From assembly GCA_965231055.1 (NCBI GenBank), contig OZ246411.1:180711-244710 (forward strand): DNA of 64,000 nt, given 5' to 3'. The DNA is from an uncultured Candidatus Saccharibacteria bacterium (GTDB lineage Bacteria; Patescibacteriota; CALEFQ01; G965231055). This document shows positions 1 to 10,088 of this stretch, piece by piece. A program made the position numbers and the translations under genes. Under the pieces are notes generated by a model that was not told where the DNA came from, did not search any database, and saw only the letters and a list, made by a program, of their open reading frames with translations. The first letter of the stretch is position 1, and every line of letters begins with the position of its first letter.

Positions 1-1472
1 CTATGGGAACTTTATCAAAAGTAATTTCATTTTTACCTTTTCCAATGAGCGAATCTATCGCGAGCATCTCATATCCAAATTCTCTAAAAGCCAGTTTATC
101 CAATCCATGAGATCTATTACCCGGATCCAATACATAGGATGCCAACATGGTATCAAAAATCTCTCCATCAAATGTGATTCCCTCGTTTTCCATAACAATC
201 ATGTCATACTTCAAATTGTGTCCTATCTTTTTTATTTTTTTGTCTTCAAAAATTGGTTTGAAATACTTGAAAACAATATCGCTACCTAGCTGGTTTTCAG
301 TTGCTATCAAATTTTCTTTTTGTAGTGCGGAACTAATATCTGGATTTTCGTAAAACACATGTCTTAGTGGTATATAAAAAGCTTTTTTTGGCTCCAGACA
401 AACAGAAAAGCCGACAAGCTTTGCATTCATAGGGTTTATAGAGGTAGTTTCTGTATCAAATACGAATTCACCTCTCTTTTTGATTTCCTCAGCTATATTC
501 TTTAGTTCGCTTTCTTTGAAAACAGTTTTATATGATGAGTTTGTTTGTTGCTGTTTGTTTTCAATTTTTTCTTCATTGTCGCTTTTAGGCACTCTATCCA
601 TCAGACTTCTAAATCCTAGCTCTTTGAAAATTTCTCTGACTTCCTCGGCAGAAAAATCTTTCATTTTGCATTTTTCCATATCAAATATGACTGGAACATC
701 TTTTTTTATAGTAACTAACTTCTTTGAAAACAAGGCACTCTCCTTTGCACCCTCTAGTTTTTTTGCGTATCTTTTTTCAAGCCGCAAATCTTCTTTCTCA
801 AAAGCTTCAAAAACCTTTTCAAGTGTTCCAAATTTTTTAATGAGTTCCTCTGCACCTTTTTTCCCGATCCCCTTAACCCCTGGGATATTGTCAGATTGAT
901 CTCCTGCGAAAGATTTCATATCTATCAGCTGAAGTGGAACTAATCCAAATTTTTCTTTTATCATCGCCTCATCGTAAAGCACTGTATCCGAAAAACCTTT
1001 TTTGAGTGTAAAAACTTTGACTCTATCGTTTATGAGCTGAAGGGTGTCAGAGTCACCGGTTACAATAATCACTTCAGCAGAACTACATTTTTTTGTAATT
1101 TCCAAAGACAGAGTTCCCAAAAGATCATCCGCCTCAAATCCATCTTTTTCAAAAATAGGAATATTGAATGCACGCACAACTTTTTTTACCAATGGTATTT
1201 GATCGTATAGTTCCTGTGGCGCTTTTACTCTTTGTGCCTTGTATTCTTTATATAGCTCGTGTCTAAATGTGGGCTTTGCCTTATCAAAGGTAACCGCTAT
1301 GTATTCGGGCTTAATCTTGGTAAAAACATTTAGGAGCATCGTGGTAAAACCATAAACTCCATTCGTAAGTATCCCATCCTTGGTTTTCATGGATGGAGGT
1401 ATTGCGTGAAATCCTCTGTGAACCAGAGCATTACCATCTATTAGCACAAATTTTTGCATTTTTGAGGCCATG
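1..1472 (-). CDS. polA: DNA polymerase I, N-terminal 5'-3' exonuclease (FEN) portion; the gene continues beyond the window start
   Basis: Minus-strand translation from ATG at 1470-1472 gives MASKMQKFVLIDGNALVHRGFHAIP...GFEADDLLGTL...SDNIPGVKGIGKKGAEELIKKFG (FEN/5'-3' exo and HhH motifs), then enters a 3'-5' exo-like region with no stop before position 1. The ORF track omits it because it is open at the window edge. Confidence 0.75.
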
Positions 1473-1530
1473 TTTTTGCATATTATGTATGAATAATAGC
1501 ATTTTTTGGGCTATGTTTACAATGAGAATA

Positions 1531-1560
1531 ACAAAAAACGCCCCGTTATGCAGGGCGTTA
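1531..1560 (-). terminator. Rho-independent terminator downstream of the FG-GAP gene
   Basis: Hairpin AACGCCCC-gttatgca-GGGCGTT with an A-run on the + strand (a T-run on the - strand). Confidence 0.6.
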
Positions 1561-1575
1561 GTTGTGTAAAATTAC

Positions 1576-2736
1576 TTATTCTACGCAAGCAGGAGTAGCC
1601 ATTGAAAAAGAGGATGAATTCCTGATATCGGGAACAACCATAATTTCTTTCCCAGCGGTATAATCAAGTTCCCCAGAAGCAATATTTAATCCACCCCTAT
1701 AATAATAGTTTTCAATCCTCATATACTTATTAAGATTTTTTCCATATCGAGTGAAAGCCATGAGGGAGGGTTTGTACCTTGGATTGTTATTGGAAATAAC
1801 AATTTCACCTACCGAATCTCCGTCTATATCAGCCACCGTTGTCTTCATGACTCCTTCATAACTCTTTCCTAGCGGATAAAATTCGTGAGCATTATAAAAT
1901 TTGTTTCCACTTTGATAAAAGACTTTTACTAAACCTGTACTAGAAGTCACTTTTCCAGAGCAATCCCTGACTTGATATCTTGAGGAGCTAGTTACGACAA
2001 TGTCGTCTTTGCCATCATTGTTTAGATCCCCCACAGAAAGATTAACTCCAGATCCCCAATTCTTTGTATCCATGGCTAAAAAACTACCTCTCATATATCC
2101 ACCCATTTTGAAAACACCAACCCTAGCTACACCCGAAGTACTAGGCGCCGCTATGATCTCATCAACACCATCTCCATTGATATCACCGGAAGCAACGCTG
2201 ATTCCTCTAAAATTTTTCCCATAAAAAGGATCAAATGAGGATTTTAAAACAAAATTCTCGCTGGTAATTCCCCAAACCTCTATAGTATTACCATTTCTAT
2301 TTCTTGAATTACCAAAAACCTTGCTAACAACGATCTCGTCTTTACCATCATTATTTAGATCCCCCACTGCTAGATTGACTCCACCCTCAGTGTAAAAAGT
2401 TGGGTAAAATTTTCCCAGTAAATTAGCGCCCATATCATAAACTTTGACTTGAGCTTTTTTGCCATATCCAGAACCAATTACTACTTCATCATCGCCATCA
2501 CCATTTATGTCTCCCAGGGCGACACTCTGTCCTCCCTTAAAACTTGTTTCAAACGGCTTAATACTCCCACCTATAATTTTATCATTAATATCAATAGCCC
2601 TTGCAAACGGAGAACTTTCGTAATAATACCCCGTAGCCGCATCCGAAATATTGACATCCAAACCAAACACAAAAACGAAACTCAAAACAAATGCTGTCAC
2701 ATAAACACTTTTCCGATAAAATTTGCTTTTTTTCAT
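1576..2736 (-). CDS. Secreted FG-GAP/VCBS repeat (integrin-alpha-like beta-propeller) protein
   Basis: N-terminal signal/TM segment. Repeated Ca-binding loops GDINGDGDDEVVIG, GDLNNDGKDEIVV, GDINGDGVDEIIA, GDLNNDGKDDIVV and ADIDGDSVGEIVI. Confidence 0.75.
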   Translation of the reverse strand: MKKSKFYRKSVYVTAFVLSFVFVFGLDVNISDAATGYYYESSPFARAIDINDKIIGGSIKPFETSFKGGQSVALGDINGDGDDEVVIGSGYGKKAQVKVYDMGANLLGKFYPTFYTEGGVNLAVGDLNNDGKDEIVVSKVFGNSRNRNGNTIEVWGITSENFVLKSSFDPFYGKNFRGISVASGDINGDGVDEIIAAPSTSGVARVGVFKMGGYMRGSFLAMDTKNWGSGVNLSVGDLNNDGKDDIVVTSSSRYQVRDCSGKVTSSTGLVKVFYQSGNKFYNAHEFYPLGKSYEGVMKTTVADIDGDSVGEIVISNNNPRYKPSLMAFTRYGKNLNKYMRIENYYYRGGLNIASGELDYTAGKEIMVVPDIRNSSSFSMATPACVE

Positions 2737-2839
2737 TTTTTATTTTTATTGAATAATACTCTTTAAATATTATGACAGGGGGCTTGTTAAAATACAAAAT
2801 AGATCAAAAAGAACTAATCATCGCTAATTTTTATTGATC

Positions 2840-5071
2840 TTATTTTTTCAAAAACTTTTTCAGGAATTCATTTGATTCTTTCTGGGTCTTTACTTGATCT
2901 TTGAAATCCTCTTTCGCATCCGAAGATGGATTCAAATTTACATCATTTGTATTTGAGCCTGGGTCAACTGGAATATTAAGTTTTACTAGATGGCCTTCCT
3001 TGTCCAGCACCTTGATATCATCTCCTTTATAATCTTTTAGCCCAAAAGCCTTGACTGACGGAAACTTAAATCCTGGTTTTTCAACTGTTACCTTGTAAGT
3101 ATCTGGTCCGACTATGAAACCAAATCTACCCCTGGTATCTGTAACCTGAGTTTCCAATAGTTCATTGTATTTTTTGCTAAATATCCTAACTACAGATAGT
3201 GAAATTGGATTTCTGGAAATACTATTATAGACAATTCCCCACCTGGCTCCTGGTTTATGGAAAGTAAAGACGGTGAACAAGAATAATACTACAGCGTGAA
3301 TACCCAGCAATATCCAGTTGAGTTTGGTCGGAGAAACCCACACACAAACAACTGCAATAGCAGGGCCTATGAGCGCCATAAAAAGATTAAATCTTCTCAG
3401 CAAATATCTTTTTACTATCTGTCTCGCATCGGCGGCATCAACTTTATCAACCATCGGATCGATAGGTATATTTACATTTATCACCAAATCATTTTTGGGA
3501 ACTTGTATATTCCCCCCTAGATAAACATTGTCATAAACTTCCTCGACTCTTTGCTTCATTTTCATCGAAGGAAACTTGTACCCCTCTTTCACAACTTCTA
3601 TATAATACTCTCCGGGATCAACTATAAAACCAAATCTTCCTTTTTTGTCTGTAATCCTAGTTTCAATAAGCTTGCGATTAAGAGATTCAAAAATTCTTAC
3701 GGTGACGAGATCTATGGGTTTTTTCGTAAGAGCATTATAAACAATTCCCCATGGCTTTCTCTTTTTTCCGATAAAGAAAATGAATGGCTCAGTGAAAAGT
3801 TGCCATAAATAAGAAATAAAAGGAATAATGGCGGTACCTATGGTGGTAAGCAAGTTGATTGCCGCCAAAGCTATCAATAGCGGAGCTATGATATTTGTAT
3901 TTACAAATTGGACGAGCGAATTGTTTCTAAAAGCATTGAGGGCATCTCTAAAAATCGCCATGATTTTTTCAAATCGCGTGGGCTCTCTATATCCTTCTTC
4001 TGTAATAGTAATAAAAGCAGGCTCAGAAAATTCTGTTTCTATTCCATCTCCATTGCGGGCCTTTGATCTTACGGTATATGTCTTACCTGCTTCAGCATTG
4101 TTATAGTTCCAATCAATACCTGTTTGCCAGTTTTCGGTTCCCGAAACTCCCCCTATTTTGTCAGAATAATCTCCGTTAACTGTCACGACATATTCTGTGT
4201 AATCTGGGTTTCTCAGTGGATTTACTTCCATAGTTATGCTCCAAGAATTGCCAGATCTATATGCAGACAATATGGGTTTGCCTGGGGTTTCAGCTAGCGT
4301 ATAAGCAGTAAAAGTATAAGTACCTACGATATCTCCTGATTGATTGCGGTAGTCAACTTTCCAAGGATAGCTAGTGTTTACATCCAAATCGTCATTGGTC
4401 CAAGTATTGTCTCCTGACTGCCATCCAGAAACATCAAATGTGTCGTTGTTGGTAAAAAAGTATCCGCTTTGCAAAACATCATCGTTGTTGAACTCACATG
4501 CAGTTAGATCCATATAAGTGAGTCCTGGGATTCCATTTAGACATCCTGTGTTTGATTCTATACTTGTGGTGATGCTTATTGGTCCAGCGGGAAGACTTTC
4601 ACCAAAATAATTAAATGCATAAACATATCTACTATAAGCTGTGTTTTCTTCTAGCCCAGACTCTGTGATCGAAGAAAGATCTATTCCGTACTCTCTTTGT
4701 TGTTCAACAAAGCCAAGATCCTTTACCAAAAAACCAGATTCATCATCTGCCTGATCTGTGAAATTCCACTTTACTGATGTAGGAGAGACCAATTCTCCAG
4801 ACACTGCAAGCGGAAGATTTGGTGGTTTGAAATAAAGATAGCCAGCTCTGATTTCATAATTTGCACTATCATATTCTCCTGTAACAAAATTATTGAGAGC
4901 ATCTCTTGCATCAAAATTAGCGGAAGCCCCCTCTTCTCCAGCAACATCCACATCAAAAACTGTTAGATTGTAGTTTTCGCTATCAGCAGCGTAAACTAAA
5001 TTATACAAAAAGAATAAAGAAGCAAATGCTACAATAATTGCAAAAGTAAATTTTGTATTTTTTATATTCAT
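2840..5071 (-). CDS. Large secreted/membrane protein: signal peptide, extracellular beta-rich region, then two tandem [TM pair + carboxypeptidase-regulatory-like (CarboxypepD_reg-type) beta-sandwich] modules
   Basis: 743 aa. Internal duplication GIVYNALTKKPIDLVTVRIFESLNRKLIETRITDKKGRFGFIVDPGEYYIEVVKEGYKFPSMK versus GIVYNSISRNPISLSVVRIFSKKYNELLETQVTDTRGRFGFIVGPDTYKVTVEKPGFKFPSVK, each preceded by hydrophobic helices. Confidence 0.55.
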   Translation of the reverse strand: MNIKNTKFTFAIIVAFASLFFLYNLVYAADSENYNLTVFDVDVAGEEGASANFDARDALNNFVTGEYDSANYEIRAGYLYFKPPNLPLAVSGELVSPTSVKWNFTDQADDESGFLVKDLGFVEQQREYGIDLSSITESGLEENTAYSRYVYAFNYFGESLPAGPISITTSIESNTGCLNGIPGLTYMDLTACEFNNDDVLQSGYFFTNNDTFDVSGWQSGDNTWTNDDLDVNTSYPWKVDYRNQSGDIVGTYTFTAYTLAETPGKPILSAYRSGNSWSITMEVNPLRNPDYTEYVVTVNGDYSDKIGGVSGTENWQTGIDWNYNNAEAGKTYTVRSKARNGDGIETEFSEPAFITITEEGYREPTRFEKIMAIFRDALNAFRNNSLVQFVNTNIIAPLLIALAAINLLTTIGTAIIPFISYLWQLFTEPFIFFIGKKRKPWGIVYNALTKKPIDLVTVRIFESLNRKLIETRITDKKGRFGFIVDPGEYYIEVVKEGYKFPSMKMKQRVEEVYDNVYLGGNIQVPKNDLVINVNIPIDPMVDKVDAADARQIVKRYLLRRFNLFMALIGPAIAVVCVWVSPTKLNWILLGIHAVVLFLFTVFTFHKPGARWGIVYNSISRNPISLSVVRIFSKKYNELLETQVTDTRGRFGFIVGPDTYKVTVEKPGFKFPSVKAFGLKDYKGDDIKVLDKEGHLVKLNIPVDPGSNTNDVNLNPSSDAKEDFKDQVKTQKESNEFLKKFLKK

Positions 5072-5094
5072 CTTACGATTAAGAAATTTTGTTT

Positions 5095-5520
5095 TTATTT
5101 GGAATTGATTTCAATACTCCTCTGATCTCCTTCTTCATACTTAAATTTTACAACAAAAGCTCCAGAAGGTACATTTTCTAGTTTTTCCGCCCATTCTATA
5201 AGAGTAACACCGTTTTTATCTAGCAGGGCATCCTCTATTCCGAGTGTCTCTATATCCATCTTCTTTTCTATTCTATATAGATCTATGTGATAGAAAAAAG
5301 AAAGGTTTTTTTGTGAAATTTTGTATTGCTTCATGAATGTAAAAGTAGTACTCGTGATTTGTTCACTAATTCCGAGCGCCAGGGCCACTCCCTTTGCGAA
5401 CTGAGTCTTGCCACTTCCAAGATCCCCGTAAAGCAACACAACTTCTCCTCCAGATAGCTTTTCGGCAAAGGTTTTTCCTATTGATATAGTATCTTTTTCT
5501 GAGCTGCTTTTATATAGCAT
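5095..5520 (-). CDS. tsaE: tRNA t6A37 biosynthesis ATPase TsaE (YjeE)
   Basis: P-loop LLYGDLGSGKTQFAKGVALALGI is characteristic of TsaE. Confidence 0.8.
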   Translation of the reverse strand: MLYKSSSEKDTISIGKTFAEKLSGGEVVLLYGDLGSGKTQFAKGVALALGISEQITSTTFTFMKQYKISQKNLSFFYHIDLYRIEKKMDIETLGIEDALLDKNGVTLIEWAEKLENVPSGAFVVKFKYEEGDQRSIEINSK

Positions 5521-5533
5521 TTGAATTTTTTAG

Positions 5534-6178
5534 TTAAAATATGCTCATTTGGCTCTTTTTGTCTTCAACAGACGAACTTGTTTTAGTTTGGATTTGGGCA
5601 AGTCTTTTGAGATCAAAAACTGAAGTGAGTTTGCCAGACTTTTCTCCTTTTTTTACGAGTGACATAAAAACTTTGGCAGTCAATTCAACATCAGGAAGCG
5701 CTCTGTGTCTTCCGTTTGGAATTTCCAAATCAAGATAGCTAGCCAGATCACTTAGTCCAAAACTAGCAAGCCTTATCCCTATCCCCTTCGCAAGAGAGAT
5801 GGTATCAACAAAGGAAAAGGAAGCAAGCTTTGGGCAATTTGAAGAAAATCTCTGAACTATCGCGGATTCATATGTAGCATTTTGGGCTATTACTATGTAT
5901 TTGTCTTCTCCCAAGAGCCCATCAAATTCTTTGAAAATCACCTCGGGCAATGGTTTTCCTTTTATATCCTCTGTTTTGATTCCGTTTTGAGCGGTATCGT
6001 ATTTCGTCACTTCTAAATCCCCTGGCAATCCTATCAATTTACTGTACTGAAAAGAATAATCAATCTCAAATCCTTTTTTTATTTTCATAGCTCCTATTTC
6101 TATCGGTTCAGGAGAATGCCCCTTGGGAGTAGTAGTTTCAAAATCTAGAATTAGATATTTTTGTTCTCTTATATCCAT
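5534..6178 (-). CDS. DEDD-family 3'-5' exonuclease (DnaQ/Pol III epsilon-like)
   Basis: Exo I motif LILDFETTT and Exo III motif HRALPDVELTAKVF. Confidence 0.7.
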   Translation of the reverse strand: MDIREQKYLILDFETTTPKGHSPEPIEIGAMKIKKGFEIDYSFQYSKLIGLPGDLEVTKYDTAQNGIKTEDIKGKPLPEVIFKEFDGLLGEDKYIVIAQNATYESAIVQRFSSNCPKLASFSFVDTISLAKGIGIRLASFGLSDLASYLDLEIPNGRHRALPDVELTAKVFMSLVKKGEKSGKLTSVFDLKRLAQIQTKTSSSVEDKKSQMSIF

Positions 6179-6200
6179 TTATATTTTGTAAATCGGAAAA

Positions 6201-7019
6201 TTAGATCAATAAAAATCCTAACGCACCCACAATTATAAGATAAATTGCAAATACATATAAATTTTTTGTTTTAAGATATTTGAGTAACCACGAAGCACAA
6301 ACAAATCCTACAATTGCAGCACAAACAAATCCTACAATAAGCACCCACACGCTAGATCCGTTGGCACCTGTTTCAATAAGATCTTTGACACCCAGAATTC
6401 CCGCAGCCAATATCGCAGGAGTTGCGAGCATAAACGAAAATTTGGCTGATTTTTCTCGGCTAAGACCAGAGTGCATTCCTCCAGATATAGTCATACCCGA
6501 TCGAGAAATACCTGAGATGAGAGATATAGCCTGAAAAATTCCCACAACAATAGCGTTTAATAAACCTGCCTCTTTTGTATCCAAAGTCTTTTTTCGTTTA
6601 AACAAAATTTCAGTTATCACAAACCAAATACCTACAGAAAACATAAAAACAGAAACGACTTTTCCTGATCTAAAAAAACTTCCCTCAAGATCATCCATAA
6701 AAAGAAGCCCAGCAATAACTGTAGGTATCGTACCTATTAGCACATACAAACCAAGCTTGAAACTTTTTTGTTCTTCGCTATCTAGTTTCTTAAATGGTTT
6801 AGCTATCCAAGCTTTTATGATCCCCAACCATTGTTTGTAAAAAATCACTACTATGGATACTAGCGTGCCCAGATGAAGCACTATATCAACAGCTAGGCCT
6901 GGATCTTTGACACCAAAAAGTTCTCTAGCCAAAACGAGGTGACCCGAGCTTGAGATCGGTAAAAATTCCGTAATTCCCTGCAAAATTGCTAAAATAACTG
7001 TGCTCAAAATCTCTGACAT
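6201..7019 (-). CDS. uppP: Undecaprenyl-diphosphatase UppP/BacA
   Basis: Motifs EFLPISSSGHL and GISRSGMTISGG in a multi-TM protein. The track ORF extends to 7085 (MLQVNG...); the start at MSEILSTV (7019) fits family N-termini better. Confidence 0.8.
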   Translation of the reverse strand: MSEILSTVILAILQGITEFLPISSSGHLVLARELFGVKDPGLAVDIVLHLGTLVSIVVIFYKQWLGIIKAWIAKPFKKLDSEEQKSFKLGLYVLIGTIPTVIAGLLFMDDLEGSFFRSGKVVSVFMFSVGIWFVITEILFKRKKTLDTKEAGLLNAIVVGIFQAISLISGISRSGMTISGGMHSGLSREKSAKFSFMLATPAILAAGILGVKDLIETGANGSSVWVLIVGFVCAAIVGFVCASWLLKYLKTKNLYVFAIYLIIVGALGFLLI

Positions 7020-7120
7020 GCCTTTATTATTAGTTAGGTGAATGAATACTTTTACGGCGTATATTATACCATTGACTTGTAACAAAAGTAAGGATAGAAT
7101 GAAAAGTCTTTTAAAAAACT

Positions 7121-8242
7121 ATGTTACCTGAAAAAGATTTAAAAATAACACTGGAACTACTGAAAAAGAGTAAGTATCCTCTTATCATCTCCAAACAAGA
7201 TCCCACAGGAGATTCTATAGGAAGTATGCTTGCGCTTTATTTAGCGTTAAAAAAACTCGGAAAAAATCCTATGGTGGCATGCCATGGAAACGTGAACATT
7301 ATTTATAGATTTTTACCAAATTTTTATAGAATCGTTTCACAAATAGAATCCTCCAAAGAATTCATCATTTCGGTCAATGTCAAAAACATAAAAACAAGAG
7401 GACTAAGTTACACACTAGAAAACGACAAGCTTCATATTTTTATAGACCAGGAAAAACCCATTCTCAAGGAGGATGATGTGGAGTTTTCAGGAGTTGATAC
7501 AACCAAATTTGATCTAATAATAGCCCTAAATTGCCCTGACCTAGACGATATAGGCGAGCCTTTTGAAAAAAATTCAAAACTATTTTACGAGCTTCCTATA
7601 ATAAACATTGATCATAGAATAGAAAACTCCAATTTCGGTAAAATAAATTTAGTATCGGCTTCTGCGAGCTCTACTTCGGAAATACTTTACGAAATATTTG
7701 AATCTTTGGATGTAAATTTAGTTGATAAAGATGTGGCGACTTGCTTGCTCACCGGAATCATCGCAGACACAAATAGCTTTCAGAGTCACTCCACTACCCC
7801 ATCCACACTAGCTACTGCAGCAAAGTTAATAAGAAAAGGGGCTGATAGAAAAAAAATAGTTCAGTATCTTTTCAAAACCAAAGAGCTAGAACAAATAAAG
7901 CTTTGGGGCAAAGTTTTGCTTCACATAAACTATGACGAGAACAAAAAAATAGCATATAGCGCGATTTCTCAAAAAGAATTTGAAAGCACGGGGGCATATC
8001 CAAATCAGTTAAACGGTATAGCTGATGAAATACTCCAAAGTCTTCCCGAAATTGAAGCTGCGGTTATACTTATTCAGGAAAAAGAAGATTTGATACATGG
8101 AGCAGTTTATTCTTTTGGTAAATTTGATGCAAAAAAGTATTCCGAAACCTTCGGAGGAAAAGGAAATCAAAAACAAGCAATCTTCAAAGTCAGAAACTAT
8201 AGTCTAGATAAACTCGAAAAAGAAATACTAGATCTTAAATAA
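7121..8242 (+). CDS. DHH-family phosphoesterase (NrnA-like oligoribonuclease/pAp phosphatase)
   Basis: DHH-type motifs DPTGDSIGS and INIDHR, with a C-terminal DHHA1-like region (GGKGNQ). Confidence 0.6.
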   Translation: MLPEKDLKITLELLKKSKYPLIISKQDPTGDSIGSMLALYLALKKLGKNPMVACHGNVNIIYRFLPNFYRIVSQIESSKEFIISVNVKNIKTRGLSYTLENDKLHIFIDQEKPILKEDDVEFSGVDTTKFDLIIALNCPDLDDIGEPFEKNSKLFYELPIINIDHRIENSNFGKINLVSASASSTSEILYEIFESLDVNLVDKDVATCLLTGIIADTNSFQSHSTTPSTLATAAKLIRKGADRKKIVQYLFKTKELEQIKLWGKVLLHINYDENKKIAYSAISQKEFESTGAYPNQLNGIADEILQSLPEIEAAVILIQEKEDLIHGAVYSFGKFDAKKYSETFGGKGNQKQAIFKVRNYSLDKLEKEILDLK

Positions 8243-8276
8243 AAACAGACTAACTCGCGAAGGTCTGTTTTTATTT
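8243..8276 (+). terminator. Rho-independent terminator after the DHH gene
   Basis: AACAGAC-taactcgcgaag-GTCTGTT followed by TTTTATTT. Confidence 0.55.
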
Positions 8277-8287
8277 GGGAATTAGTT

Positions 8288-8310
8288 TATTTGGTTTGTT
8301 GTGGTATAAT
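8288..8310 (+). promoter_or_regulatory. Putative extended -10 promoter for pilB
   Basis: TGgTATAAT at 8302-8310, 19 nt upstream of the pilB ATG. Confidence 0.4.
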
Positions 8311-8328
8311 TGATTTCTAATATAAATT

Positions 8329-10014
8329 ATGGACAATCTTAATCCAGCAAACAAAAACCTAAAAAAAATAAATCTAAAAGCCTCCAGAATCCAGCTCAAA
8401 AACAGATCTATAGATGATGTAAACAGGGGTTTTGAAGAAGAAAAAACAGAAACAAGGGCAAAAAACCTAGGATTTGAGTACACCAATCTCTATGGCTTCC
8501 CGATTGATCCTGAAGTTTTGGCGCTAGTAAATAAAAGTGCGTGTATTGATGCTGAAACAGTATCCTTTTTTGAAGCAGCGAAAGAAGTCAGACTCGCATC
8601 CACAGATCCTAGAAACCCAAAAGCACAAAAAATCGCCAAAGAGCTTGAAGAAAAAAACTACAAAGTTATTCCGTACATGGTTTCCAAAAGTAGTATCTCT
8701 GATGCGATGAAAATTTATAACACTATAAGGGAGGTAAAAGAGAGACGCGAATTGAATAAAGTTGAAGTAAAAACTTCTGATATCACGGATTTTCAAAGCA
8801 AAATAAAAAGCATCCAGGAGCTCGGAGAAAAAATCATGACACTACCCGCAACAGAAGTGATAGATATATTGGTTGCAGGAGCCCTATCAACAAACGCAAG
8901 CGATATTCACGTGGAACCAGAAGAAAATCAGCTAAGACTTAGATACAGAATAGACGGCGTGCTTCAGGATGTAGCAGATCTTCCCAAAAAAATCCAAGAA
9001 ACACTTATCTCAAGAATTAAAATACTCTCTAAACTTAAATTAAACGTAACTACAATCCCCCAAGACGGAAGATTTAGCATTTCCACGGAAGACAGAAAAA
9101 TAGATGTTCGTGTATCTATCCTCCCATCAGCTTATGGAGAAATAATCGTTATGCGACTTCTTGGAATAGGCGCAGTTGAACTAAAAGTTGCTGAGCTCGG
9201 ACTCAAAGGCAAGTCGGCGGAAATAGTAAGAAAGGCTATAAACAAACCACATGGAATGGTTTTGACAACAGGACCTACTGGATCAGGAAAAACCACTACA
9301 CTTTATGCTTTTTTGAATGAAATAAATAATCCAGAAGTAAAAATCATAACCATAGAAAATCCTGTGGAATATAGACTCCCTGGAATATCACAAACTCAGA
9401 TAGATAAAAGCAAAAACTATGATTTCGCAACTGCACTAAGAGCAATTTTACGACAAGATCCAGATGTGATAATGGTTGGAGAAATCAGAGACCTAGAAAC
9501 AGCGGATACAGCGATGAACGCAGCGCTCACTGGACACTTAGTTTTTTCAACACTTCACACAAACGATGCTTCGGGAGTGATTCCTAGACTGATAGATATG
9601 GGAGTAAGACCATTTGTAATTGCGCCAGCCATAAATTGCGTAATTGCCCAAAGACTTGTCAGAACTCTATGCAAGGATTGCATGGAAGAATATGTTCCAG
9701 ATGAAACTGAAAAGAAAGCGATAGAAGAAAAATTCAATGTTCCTGGAACAGTGTTAACACTTCCTCCTTTTGAAAAATTATTCAAAGCCAAAGGATGCAC
9801 AAAATGCAATAATACAGGATACAAAGGAAGAATGGGTATATACGAAGTATTTGAAATCACACCTGAAATAGAAAGACTCACGATGAGCGCAGCTACCACA
9901 AATGAAATTTTTGAAACAGCTGTGAAAAGTGGTATGTCAACACTCGCTCAAGATGGAATTTCAAAAATGATTGAAGGACTTACTACTTGGAATGAAATAA
10001 ACAGAGTCGCTTAA
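8329..10014 (+). CDS. pilB: Type IV pilus / type II secretion assembly ATPase (GspE/PilB family)
   Basis: GspE N-domain. Walker A GPTGSGKTTT, Asp box ILRQDPDVIMVGEIRD, His box TGHLVFSTLHTND, and a tetracysteine CKDC...CTKC zinc site. Confidence 0.85.
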   Translation: MDNLNPANKNLKKINLKASRIQLKNRSIDDVNRGFEEEKTETRAKNLGFEYTNLYGFPIDPEVLALVNKSACIDAETVSFFEAAKEVRLASTDPRNPKAQKIAKELEEKNYKVIPYMVSKSSISDAMKIYNTIREVKERRELNKVEVKTSDITDFQSKIKSIQELGEKIMTLPATEVIDILVAGALSTNASDIHVEPEENQLRLRYRIDGVLQDVADLPKKIQETLISRIKILSKLKLNVTTIPQDGRFSISTEDRKIDVRVSILPSAYGEIIVMRLLGIGAVELKVAELGLKGKSAEIVRKAINKPHGMVLTTGPTGSGKTTTLYAFLNEINNPEVKIITIENPVEYRLPGISQTQIDKSKNYDFATALRAILRQDPDVIMVGEIRDLETADTAMNAALTGHLVFSTLHTNDASGVIPRLIDMGVRPFVIAPAINCVIAQRLVRTLCKDCMEEYVPDETEKKAIEEKFNVPGTVLTLPPFEKLFKAKGCTKCNNTGYKGRMGIYEVFEITPEIERLTMSAATTNEIFETAVKSGMSTLAQDGISKMIEGLTTWNEINRVA

Positions 10015-10026
10015 AACTTGATTACA

Positions 10027-10077
10027 AAAAAACTCTCTATCTTTTACTTGTCTCGCCAAAAATTGGAGATAAGCAAG
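10027..10077. terminator. Possible bidirectional terminator between the convergent pilB and TPR genes
   Basis: AAAAACTCTC...GAGAGTTTTTT with internal sub-hairpins. The loop is long, so this is weak. Confidence 0.35.
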
Positions 10078-10088
10078 ATGAGAGTTTT

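Noticed and set aside
107-899. Plus-strand ORFs (60-139 aa) at the left edge.
   Set aside because: They are antisense to the polA 5'-3' exonuclease coding region. Their translations are low-complexity (S/F/L-rich) with no motifs, while the opposite strand carries an uninterrupted, motif-rich polA reading frame.
6201-7085. N-terminal 22-aa extension of uppP (MLQVNGIIYAVKVFIHLTNNKG…) in the track ORF.
   Set aside because: The UppP family begins at the conserved …ILQGITEFLPISSSGHL block, and MSEILSTV at 7019 gives a normal N-terminus. The extension is probably an artefact of the first in-frame ATG.
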